This document shows, in pieces, positions 49,030 through 60,200 of a stretch of 64,000 bases of DNA (positions are counted from its first letter, which is position 1; the number at the start of each line of letters is the position of its first letter). Source of the DNA: Eledone cirrhosa (lineage: Eukaryota); NCBI GenBank assembly GCA_964016885.1, contig OZ024744.1, positions 118,172,001 to 118,236,000 on the forward strand, in the 5' to 3' direction. The position numbers and the translations under genes were made by a program. The notes below the pieces were generated by a model, which was not told where the DNA came from, searched no databases, and saw only the letters and a program-made list of their open reading frames with translations.

Positions 49030-49986
49030 ACTAGACATGAAAAATGCGCAAGCTCAAAAGTGCCACAGAATGTTATAATAAACCTTCAAAAGTGTGGGAC
49101 TAGAGTTGTTGCTAAAAAATATTGTAATCATTATATATCGTACATTCTGTGGCATCCTTTATAAAAATAGCTTAAACCAACGAAGCCTTTATTTTTACGC
49201 TATTTCACTTAGTTAATTCTTAGAGTGTAACATATAAAAATAAATACATCTATGTTTAATGTAATAACAGCTATAAATAATTACGTAATATTATTATCAT
49301 ATACTCATAGTAACAAAATAATTGTGTTGAAACTTAATATGATGCTTATATGAACGATCAAATCTATAATGATAATTTCTTAAATATACTAATAGTAAAA
49401 TAATTTAGTTATCTATTGTTACATTTTCATAGAACTATAATATTAACAATCGTATTGCATTATCAAATTTTTATCACTACAAACTTTCATATTGGAATTA
49501 CCTTAAGCCACTTATTATTACTTCGCTTTCGTACTTTTACAGCTGTAGATATTGCGCTGTATCTTATATCTAATATCAATATCTCGTGGTAATTTGCATG
49601 AAGTGTAAAATAGGTTTATTAATAACTTTAATATGAAATGTATTATACAGGGCTGCGGAGTCGGTCAAAAATTGACTGGCTCCAACTCAGGATCCGATAC
49701 TCCATTATTTCCTAAATTTCAGCTCCGCAGCTCTGTTATTATATTAATTAATTTATTTTATAGTTGTAAATCATATTTTTATATGTTACACTCTAAGAAT
49801 TAACTAAGTGAAATAGCGTAAAAATAAAGGCTTCGTTGGTTTAAGCTATTTTTATAAAGGATGCCACAGATTGTACGATATATAATGATTACAATATTTT
49901 TTAGCAACAACTCTAGTCCCACACTTTTGAAGGTTTATTATAACATTCTGTGGCACTTTTGAGCTTGCGCATTTTTCATGTCTAGT
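49030..49986. mobile_element. 957-bp non-autonomous foldback element with 213-bp inverted arms
   Basis: 49030-49242 is the reverse complement of 49774-49986 with one mismatch seen; termini ACTAGAC...GTCTAGT; AT-rich non-coding interior. Confidence 0.85.
49648..49735. mobile_element. 88-bp hAT-like MITE nested in the foldback element
   Basis: TIRs CAGGGCTGCGGAG / CTCCGCAGCTCTG; 8-bp near-identical target duplication GTATTATA (49640-47) / TTATTATA (49736-43). Confidence 0.7.
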
Positions 49987-50224
49987 ATATATATATATAT
50001 ATAAATGCAAATTTACGATTCTGTGTCCGCCTAAAACTCGAAACTACCGGACCGAACTCCTCAAAATTACATGTACATATTCACTATACACTCAGACAGG
50101 TAACGGTCGAAAAAGTTTTACTTTGCAAAGCAAGGAATTCATTTAAATTCAATTTATCTTATTTTCTAATGAATATCAAAAGAGATCATCCATTTTATTT
50201 TTTTAATGTTCTCCAGTCTGTAGA

Positions 50225-50950
50225 TAAGAGAGTGAGGGATGGGAGAGAGAAAGAGAGAGAGTGGCAGATGGGAAAATGAGAAAGGCGCTGAGAGAGAGTG
50301 AGTGGGAGAGAGTAAGGGGATGTGAGAGAAAGAAAGAGAAGGGGATGTGAGAGAGAAAGAAAGAGTAAGGGATGAGAGAGAAAGAGAGAGAGTGGGAGAT
50401 GGGCGAGAGAGAGAGAGAGAAAGAGTAAGGGGGTGAGAGAGAAAGACGATGAAAGAGAAAGATAGTAAGGGGATGAGAGAGAGAGAGAAAGACGATGAAA
50501 GAGAAAGAGAGTAAGGGATGTGAGAAAGAAAGAGAGTAAGGGGATGAGAGAAAAAGACGATGAAAGAGAAAGAGAGAGGGAAAGTAACCAGCGTTCTTAA
50601 CTTTTATTTATTTATCACTTTTACACACTTTAACTCTCCCGCTTCCTTAACGTTATTTATCTTCTTTATTTTTTGTTCTCTATTCCGTAGAGAGAGGGGG
50701 GGATGGGAGAGAGAGAGAGAGGGAAAGTGGCTAGCGTTCATTAACTTTATTTATTTATTATTTTTACACACTTCTTAACTCTCCCAATGTTATTTATCTT
50801 TTATTTATTGTTTGGTATTGTGCAGAGGAGAAAGAAAGAGAGGAGATGAGAAAGAGAAAGGGTGTGAGACGGATGGGGTGAGAAAGACAATAAGAAAAGA
50901 GAAAAGATGGGAGAGAAAAAAAGTAAAGAGGCAGGAGAGAGGGAGGGTGA
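50225..50950. repeat. GA-rich low-complexity region in the Helitron 2 leader
   Basis: Imperfect GAGAGAAAGAGAGTAAGGGGATG repeats. Confidence 0.8.
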
Positions 50951-51330
50951 TTGGAGAGATTCTTTATCTAACGTGTGTCCACATGTGTGTTATGGGGGGG
51001 GGGGGGGGTCTTTAGCAGACATATATGTTACAATCAAAGCTTATTTTCTACATATGTCTACATATGTAGTGTTTGTCGTTTTTTTTATACAATCTGAAAT
51101 CCCAATATTTTCTACATATGTCTAAAATTAATTACACCTAATATACATTCATATAAAGAGATCATTTAAAACAACTTTACTGAGTGAACAATACATTCTA
51201 TAGTTGTTTCTATTTCGGAAAGAGTGTAGTGTGTAATAATTGTTTCTACTTTTGGCACAAGGCCAGCAATTATTCCAGTGCATTACTGGTACTTTATTTT
51301 ATTGTGTGGTATGTAATAATATCACTTCTA

Positions 51331-54300
51331 ATGCCTAGAAAAAGGTTCCAGATCATTATATGGAAGGTCATCTTCAGAGGCTAAGAGAAAGAAAACACAG
51401 CCATCTGAAGAAAGTGAAGAAGTTCGGAATGTCCGTCTAGCTGCTAACAGAGCCCAAACAACTTTATCAAGAGCACACCATTTGGATGAAAGGGTGAGAA
51501 CAACAAATTAAGGAACAGCAGCAAATCAGATGAAATGCTAATCAAGCACATCGTTTCTACTGCCCGAGCAGGAGAACAAGCCATAAGTAAAATGAACTGG
51601 CAGATGGGTGCTTTTTCTTATGACCCCCAAAAGGACTACAGCAGTAATCCACAAATCAACATTGGGAAAATGAACAAATGCTGCCAGTATTGTGGTGCCA
51701 AGAAGTGGGCAGCAGAAACACCAAGTCTATGCTGCTCAAAAGACAAAGTGAGCCTTAAAACAATACAAGAACCTCCTGAATTTCTGAAGAATCTGCTCCT
51801 TCAGCATACACCAGAAGCACGACACTTCAATAAATACATCATAAAATATAATTCTGCCTTTCAAATGACATCTTTTGGGGCTGATAGGAATGTGATTGAC
51901 TTTAGATTCTGTACAACTTATAAAATTCAGGGACAGTGTTACCACTTAATGGGTGGCCTTCTGCCACTTTCACAGGAGCCTCACAAATTTGTGCAGGTTT
52001 ACTTCATGGGTGGAAATGAAACACAGGCACAACAAAGATGTACCAATGTCCATGGTGAATTGCAGTTCTACATAGTCATAAAGTTAAAAGAAATGCTTCA
52101 CCAACATCACATGTACGTCAGTGTATTTAAATATGCACTGGAGCATATGAACAACACCAGAGATCGTTAAATCATCATTAGGACAGACAAACGCCCAGCT
52201 TCAGAACATGAATGCAGATTTAATGCACCTGTCACTGATGAAGTTGCAATCATAATGGTTGATGAACGGGACAAGAAACTGGCGGATCAATCAGCTGCAA
52301 AGAATTCTATGCTTATCATTTCATGGTACGTGATCACTTCAACCAAGTTCTGTGATTCAAAGAAGTACCCAGCCAGTTCATGGCGGACATGTATGCCAAA
52401 ATTGAAACAGAAAGATTGGGTTTTCTGCGAAGGAATCAAACTAAGTTGAGGGCAGATAACTACATCCATCTTAGAGATGCCGTCAATTCTGATGTTGACC
52501 CAAGAAATATTGGCCAGCCAGTCATACTACCATCAAGCTTCATGGGAGGACCACGTTACATGCATGAATGTACGCAAGATGCAATGGCCTATGTCAGAAA
52601 ATTTGGTCGGCCAGATCTCTTCATTACATTTACATGCAATTCAAACTGGTCAGAAATATCAAATGAATTATTTCAAAATCAAAAACCAAAGGATCAACAT
52701 GACCTCATTGCTCGTGTTTTCCATGAAAAGCAAAAAAAAGTCATCTGGCGCCTAAAAGGAGGAAGAATCTTTGGTGAGCTTAGTACTTGGATGACCACTA
52801 TTGAGTGGTAGAAGAGAGGGCTTCCTCACTCTCACACACTAATCTGGGGCAAGGAGAAGATAAGACCAGATGATATTGATAAGATCATTTCAGCAGAGTT
52901 GCCTGATAAAGGTGGTGGACCAGAGCTCTTTGAAACCATCAAGTCCAAACTCATTCATGGTCCATATGGAGTCATCAATCCAGCCTCTCCCTGCATGAAA
53001 GATCAAAAATGCAGCAAACATTATCCTAGAGCTTTTATTCAGGGAACTCAGACTAACAATAATGGATACCCCTTTATCGTAGGCGTAGACCAGAACATGG
53101 AGGCAATACTGCAAGCCTAAACAATCAGTGGGTCGTCCCACACAACAAATTGTTGTGTAAACTTTTAAAAGCTGATATCAATGTTGAGTATTGCTGCTCC
53201 GTCAAGGCAATCCTATATGTCACAAAATATATCAACAAGGGCAGTGACATGGCTACCTTTATTACTGACAAAGAACTCAATGGTGGGCTGGATGAGGTCA
53301 AACGGTATCAAACAGGTCGATACATCTCTAGCAATGAAGCTATCTGGCGAATCTTTGGATTTGATAGCCATCAACGCCACCAACAGTGGTCAACCTCGCA
53401 GGCCATCTGGAAAATGGACAGAGAGTGTACTTCACTGATATCACTGCTCATCAGTTGGCACAAGCATCACATGACACTACACTAACTGCTTTCTTTAAAC
53501 TCTGCCAGAATGATGAATTTGCTCGATCCCTCCTATATGCTGAAGTCCCAACATACTACACCTGGAACAATTGCAAGACCTGCAATCGAAGAAAGCAGGG
53601 TCATTTAGTGGAAGGTCATGAAGTCAAGTCAAGTGATGCTATTGGGCGTGTTTACCATGTCCATCCCAACAACAGAGAATCTTTTTATTTACGGCTACTT
53701 CTGCATACTGTTCGAGGACCAACGTCATTTTAGAGGATCTTAGGTGCTTCAGAGTAAGGGAGTGTGCAACATACCAAGAAGCATGTAAACAGCATGGACT
53801 CCTGCATGACAATGGACACTGGAAGAAGTGTCTAGAAGAAGCAGGAATCACTCAAGTAGCCAGTCAAATGAGACAATTATTTGCTATTATGCTCACAGCA
53901 TGTGGAATTGATGAAGCTCATCTACTCTGGCAGGAGTACAAAAACAATATGTCGGACGACTATCTACACCTAGCCCGAAGACATCATGGCAATATTTATA
54001 TGGAATATACCCCCAGGATTTACAATAAGCTCTCTGTGACCTGTCCCATTGAGTTCAGGCAATGAATAGCACATTAGCTAACTGCAGGATGCCAGAGCCA
54101 GATGAAGAAATGGAGGTAGCACAAGACATTTTTCAGGAGACCAACTACGATATTCAAGCATTGCGTAAGTTTGTGGATGAAAATGAACCTCGATTGATGG
54201 ATGACCAGAAATACGCCTACCACAACATCATCAAAAACATTCAAAATGACAGGAGAGGACTTTTCTTCATCGATGCTTCTGCTGGCACAGGCAAGACATT

Positions 54301-55504
54301 CCTCATAAACCTCCTGCTTACAAAAGTTCACCAAAAGCAACATATTGCCCTTGCTGTAGCTTCAAGTGGCATTGCAGCAACACTTCTGGATGGAGGAAGA
54401 ACTGCACACTCCATGTTTAAGCTGCCCATACATCTCACATGGCATGAACAGACTTTGCAACATCAAGAAGAACTCACCCAATTTGGGATGAAGCTACTAT
54501 GAGCCATAAAGGAGCAATTGAAGCTTTGGACCGGACAATAAGGGATCTAAGAGAAAATAGTTGTATAATGGGAGGAGTGACAATGGTTCTTGCTGGTGAT
54601 TTCAGACAAATTCTGCCTGTAATTCTTCGAGGGACTCGAGCTGATCAGGTCAATGCCTGTCTGAAAACATCCTATCTCTGGCCCCGCTTTCAGCCTCTGA
54701 GCCTTACAACCAACATGCAAGTGCACTTAACTGGTGACAAAGGTGTCAGTGAGTTTGCCATCCAACTACTTAAATTGGGAAAAGGACTCCAATGACCATA
54801 TTCAGTTGTCATTTGGCCATATCATTGACACAGAACAAGAACTGATTGCCAGAGTGTTTCCAAACATTCAGACCAGGCAATGTGATCCGAAATGGCTCTG
54901 TGAACAAGCAATCTTAGCACCTAAAAATGTTGCTGTGAAAGAAATCAACAGAAGACTGCTGGAGATGTTACCGGGAGAGAAAATATGCTACAAATCAGTT
55001 GACACAATCACTTCTCAAGACCAGGTTGTAAACTATCCAACTGAATTTTTGAACAGTCTTAAACAAGCGGAAATTCCTCCACACAACCTGATACTGAAGC
55101 TTGGAGCATCGGTTATGCTACTTCGCAATCTGGATCCTCCAAAACTGTGTAATGGCACAAGACTCATCATCAAAAGTATGATGTCCAATGTTCTAGAAGT
55201 TGTAATCATGTCAGGAAAATTTGCTGGTGACAATTGTTTCATTCCCAGAATACCTCTGAAGCCAACTGATTTGCCATTTGAATTTCAAAGACTTCAATTT
55301 CCGATCAGGCTCAGTTTTGTCATGATCATTAATAAATCTCAAGGGCAATCATTGAAAGTTGTTGGGTTGAATCTGGCAGATCCTGTCTTTTCACACGGTC
55401 AACTCTATGTTGGCACAACAATGGTTGGGAACCCTGATTGTCTCTTCATTGTGGCACCACAAGGCAAAACCAAGAATGTTGTTTATCCAGAGGCTTTGGA
55501 ATGA
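51331..55504 (+). pseudogene. Helitron 2 RepHel pseudogene (zinc finger, HUH Rep, PIF1-like helicase)
   Basis: MPRKR start; GKMNKCCQYCGAKKW..E....CC; YNSAFQMTSFG; LPSSF.GGPRYM; GRPDLFITFTCN; IEW*KRGLPHSH; YVTKYINKG; GTGKTF; GDFRQILPV; LRNLDPPKLCNGTRL; INKSQGQSL; FSHGQLYV. Many frameshifts and stops. Confidence 0.95.
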
Positions 55505-56479
55505 GCAATGTCGTAATTCCTCATTCAATGACAATACACACAGATCCTAATTCCTTAGTCATGTAGTTTGCAAGGAATTCTGAAGCCACAAATTTACTGC
55601 ATGGTGTTACTTTGGAAGAATATGCAGGCATTCCCGGGTACCTCTGTTATATAAAGTAATATAAGTGAGCACTATGTTGGGTAGAAATAGCAGCCAAATT
55701 TCCTTCAAATCCCACCCTACTTTCTCAGGTATGTATATATGTATGAAGCAAAAAGGAATGGTTCTATGTGATAACTCGATCTACTAGAAATATTAGCAAA
55801 ATCCATTTCAAATCACAAACAACTGTCTTACATACATACATGTGTGTGTATGTATCTATGTATGTCATGTGAGCCACTATAACTGTTGGTATAGCTAATA
55901 GAAATAGAAAACAAATCTCCCTCAAACAAGATCCTACTGCCATAGAGGCAAAGATTGGTGAAAGCTAGAGTGTACAAATTTAAATACACTTTCCCCGAAT
56001 TACAGAAATGAGTAAGTAAATGCTTCATTCAATCATAAACCAATGCTAAATTTATTTTCTTATTTTATTTATGGTTTTTAAAATATTCTTTACATGTTTG
56101 AATTTCAGAGGTTCAGACTGAGCAGAAAAAAAATTAAAAAATGAAAGAAAATGATAAATAAAAAAAATCTAAATGTATGTTTTTGGTCATGTCCTTTTCA
56201 CTGACAACATACCTAATGATTCATCTATGAGTAAAGCATTATATATGCTGACTGTAATAGGGAGCGGTATTAAAAAAAAAAAAAAAAAAATCACCATTGG
56301 AAAAAACCAATATTTTTATCTAGATGATTTACTTTGACCAAAAGGCAATAAATATTCTGCTATAATTCCTACTTTGGTTAAAATTCAGCAATCATATTTG
56401 AATGGTCAAATATTTTGTAATGTGTGCCAAATATATTGTAACTTACATAAAATGCCCTGGTATCACCGGGTAGCTCAGC

Positions 56480-56685
56480 TAGTTATATATATATAAGTAT
56501 ATAAATATATATACAGTAATAAATAAAAAACATAGAAAAACACTTGCAGGAGAAACAAGATAGAAAGAGAGACATATAGTCATACACACTGACATACTGA
56601 GGTACACAGTCATACACTGGCACACACAGACACAGGTACACACAGGCATACACTGGCACAGACATACATAGACATACACACATAC
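56480..56685. repeat. TA/CA-rich low-complexity tract
   Basis: Direct inspection; source of the spurious Val/Cys-rich ORFs. Confidence 0.7.
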
Positions 56686-56949
56686 AATAGAGGTTTAACT
56701 ATAAAATAGTGGAATAAGGTAGGTGTATAAAGTCCTAGATATGGAAAACAGTGGACAGAATCACCTGCGGAAATAATAGTCACCTCTGCCATATGTTACC
56801 ATTAAACCAAATTGAGACTGACCAATTACTCACCATTTTAAGTCTTATCTATCAGCCAAGAGATGTAAACAGATACACAATCAGTCATGTGGTTGAGGAA
56901 TTTACTTGGCAATAATGTGATTACAAGTTCAGTTCCACTTTGATTCTTT

Positions 56950-57245
56950 GGAAGTCCATGGCAACTCCTGTATGCTAATGATCTAGTCCTCAGCTAAAAC
57001 AGTAAAAGAACTAGAGTAGAAGTTCCAGACATCGAAACTAAATCTGGAATTAAAGGACCTCAAAATAAATCTAGCAAAGTTTCAGTAAGTAATAAAGAGG
57101 ATAACACACAGCTACTATTGAGAAAATAGTCATGCTGAATATGTAGGAAGGGAGTAGGGAGAAACTCCATACGGTGTGCCTGAATCACAGGTAATCTGAT
57201 AGAGAAGGTAGATGTCATATCTGACAGGTACACAGGAGATATGAG
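56950..57245 (+). pseudogene. Decayed RTE-clade LINE reverse transcriptase fragment
   Basis: Manual translation across frameshifts: GSPWQLLYANDLVL / AKTVKELE*KFQTSKLNLELKDLKINLAK / VSNKED...SC*ICRKGVGRNSIRC..ITGNLIEKVDVISDRYTGD. This matches the RTE pattern PW.LLYADDL.L...GL.VN..KTK followed by a C-x2-C-KGVG-NSI-C motif. Confidence 0.75.
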
Positions 57246-60200
57246 ATCATGTCAGGGAAGGTAGATGTCATATGTGACAGGTACACAGAAGATATATCAT
57301 GTCAGGGTAGGTAGATGTCATATGTGACAGGTACACAGGAGATATAATGAGATCATGTCAGGGAAGGTAGATGTCATATGTGACAGGTATACAGGAGATA
57401 TGATATGTCAGGGAAGGTAGATGTTATATGTGACAGGTACACAGGAGATATGAGATGATGTCAAGGAAGGTAGATGTCATATGTGACAGGTACACAGGAG
57501 ATATGATATCATGTCAGGGAAGGTAGATGTCATATGTGACAGGTACACAGGAGATATATCATGTCAGGGAAGGTAGATGTCATATGTGATAGGTACACAG
57601 GAGATATGAGATCATGTCAGGGTAGGTAGATGTCATATGTGACAGATACACAGGAGATATGAGATGATGTCAGGGTAGGTAGATGTCATATGTGACAGGT
57701 ACACAGGAGATATGATATCATGTCAGGGAAGGTAGATGTCATATGTGACAGGTACACAGGAGATATATCATGTCAGGGAAGGTAGATGTCATATGTGATA
57801 GGTACACAGGAGATATGAGATCATGTCAGGGTAGGTAGATGTCATATGTGACAGATACACAGGAGATATGAGATGATGTCAGGGTAGGTAGATGTCATAT
57901 GTGACAGGTACACAGGAGATATGAGATCATGCCAGGGAAGGTAGATGTCATATGTGACAGGTACACAGGAAATATATCATGTCAGGGTAGGTAGATGTCA
58001 TATGTGACAGGTACACAGGAGATATGAGATGATGTCAGGGAAGGTAGATGTCATATGTGACAGGTACATAGGAGATATGAGATGATGTCAGGGAAGGTAG
58101 ATGTTATATGTGACAGGTACACAGGAGATATGATATCATGACAGGGAAGGTAGATGTCATATGTGACAGGTACACAGGAGATATGATATCATGACAGGAA
58201 AGGTAGATGTCATATGTGACAGGTACACAGGAGATATGATATCATGTCAGGGAAAGTAGATGTCATATGTGACAGGTACACAGGAAATATATCATGTCAG
58301 GGAAGGTAGATGTCATATGTGACAGGTACACAGGAGATATGATATCATGTCAGGGAAGGTAGATGTCATATGTGACAGGTACACAGGAGATATGATATCA
58401 TGTCAGGGAAGGTAGATGTCATATGTGACAGGTACACAGGAGATATATCATGTCAGGGTAGGTAGATGTCATATGTGACAGGTACACAGGAGATATAATT
58501 GGGTCATGTCAGGGTAGGTAGATGTCATATGTGACAGGTACACAGGAGATATGATATCATGTCAGGGAAGGTAGATGTCATATGTGACAGGTATACAGGA
58601 GATATGAGATCATGTCAGGGTAGGTAGATGTCATATGTGACAGGTACACAGGAGATATAATTGGGTCATGTCAGGGTAGGTAGATGTCATATGTGACAGG
58701 TACACAGGAGATATGATATCATGTCAGGGAAGGTAGATGTCATATGTGACAGGTATACAGGAGATATGATATCATGTTAGGGAAGGTAGATGTCATATGT
58801 GACAGGTACACAGGAGATATAATGAGATCATGTCAGGGAAGGTAGATGTCATATGTGACAGGTACACAGGAGATATGATATCATGTCAGGGAAGGTAGAT
58901 GTCATATGTGACAGGTACACAGGAGATATAATATCATGTCAGGGAAGGTAGATGTCATATGTGACAGGTACACAGGAGATATGATATGATGACAGGGAAG
59001 GTAGATGTCATATGTGACAAGTACACAGGAGATATGATATCATGTCAGGGTAGGTAGATGTCATATGTGACAGGTACACAGGAGATGAGATGATGTCAGG
59101 GTAGGTATATGTCATATGTGACAGGTACACAGGAGATATGATATCATGTCAGGGAAGGTAGATGTCATATGTGACAGGTACACAGGAAATATATCATGTC
59201 AGGGAAGGTAGATGTTATATGTGACAGGTACACAGGAGATATAATATCATGTCAGGGAAGGTAGATGTCATATGTGACAGGTACACAGGAGATATAATAT
59301 GTCAGGGTAGGTAGATGTCATATGTGACAGGTACACAGGAGATATGATATCATGTCAGGGAAGGTAGATGTCATATGTGACAGGTACACAGGAGATTTGA
59401 TAACATGTCAGGGAAGGTAGATGTCATATGTGACAGGTACACAGGAGATATATCATGACAGGAAAGGTAGATGTCATATGTGACAGGTACACAGGAGATA
59501 TGATATCATGTCAGGGTAGGTAGATGTCATATGTGACAGGTACACAGGAGATATGATATGTCAGGGAAGGTAGATGTCATATGTGACAGGTAAACAGGAG
59601 ATATGATATCATGTCAGGGAAGGTAGATGTCATATGTGACAGGTACACAGGATATATAATATCATGTCAGGGAAGGTAGATGTCATATGTGACAGGTACA
59701 CAGGAGATATATCATGTCAGGGTAGGTAGATGTCATATGTGACAGGTACACGGGAGATATAATATCATGTCAGGGAAGGTAGATGTCATATGTGACAGGT
59801 ATACAGGAGATATGATATCATGTCAGGGAAGGTAGATGTCATATGTGACAGGTACACAGGAGATATATCATGTCAGGGAAGGTAGATGTCATATGTGACA
59901 GGTACACAGGAGATATGATATCATGTCACGGAAGGTAGATGTCATATGTGACAGGTACACAGGAGATCTGATATCGTGTCAGGGAAGGTAGATGTCATAT
60001 GTGACAGGTACACAGGAGATATGATATCGTGTTAGGGAAGGTAGATGTCATATGTGACAGGTACACAGGAGATATAATGAGATCATGTCAGGGAAGGTAG
60101 ATGTCATATGTGACAGGTATACAGGAGATATGATATCATGTCAGGGAAGGTAGATGTCATATGTGACAGGTACACAGGAAATACATCATGTCAGGGAAGG

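Larger units (their letters stand above)
49987..55650 (+). mobile_element. Helitron 2 (decayed, formerly autonomous); may extend to a second terminus at 56482
   Basis: 5' TATATATATAAATGCAAATTTACGATTCTGTGTCC; GA-rich leader; RepHel remnants. Degenerate 3' hairpin GCAGGCATTCCCGGGTACCTCTGTTA at ~55624-55649 and a cleaner CCCTGGTATCACCGGG...CTAG|T at 56455-56482. Confidence 0.85.

Noticed and set aside
35605-55504. Host PIF1 helicase genes
   Set aside because: The helicase motifs are fused to HUH Rep motifs, lack introns, are full of frameshifts and are bounded by Helitron termini.
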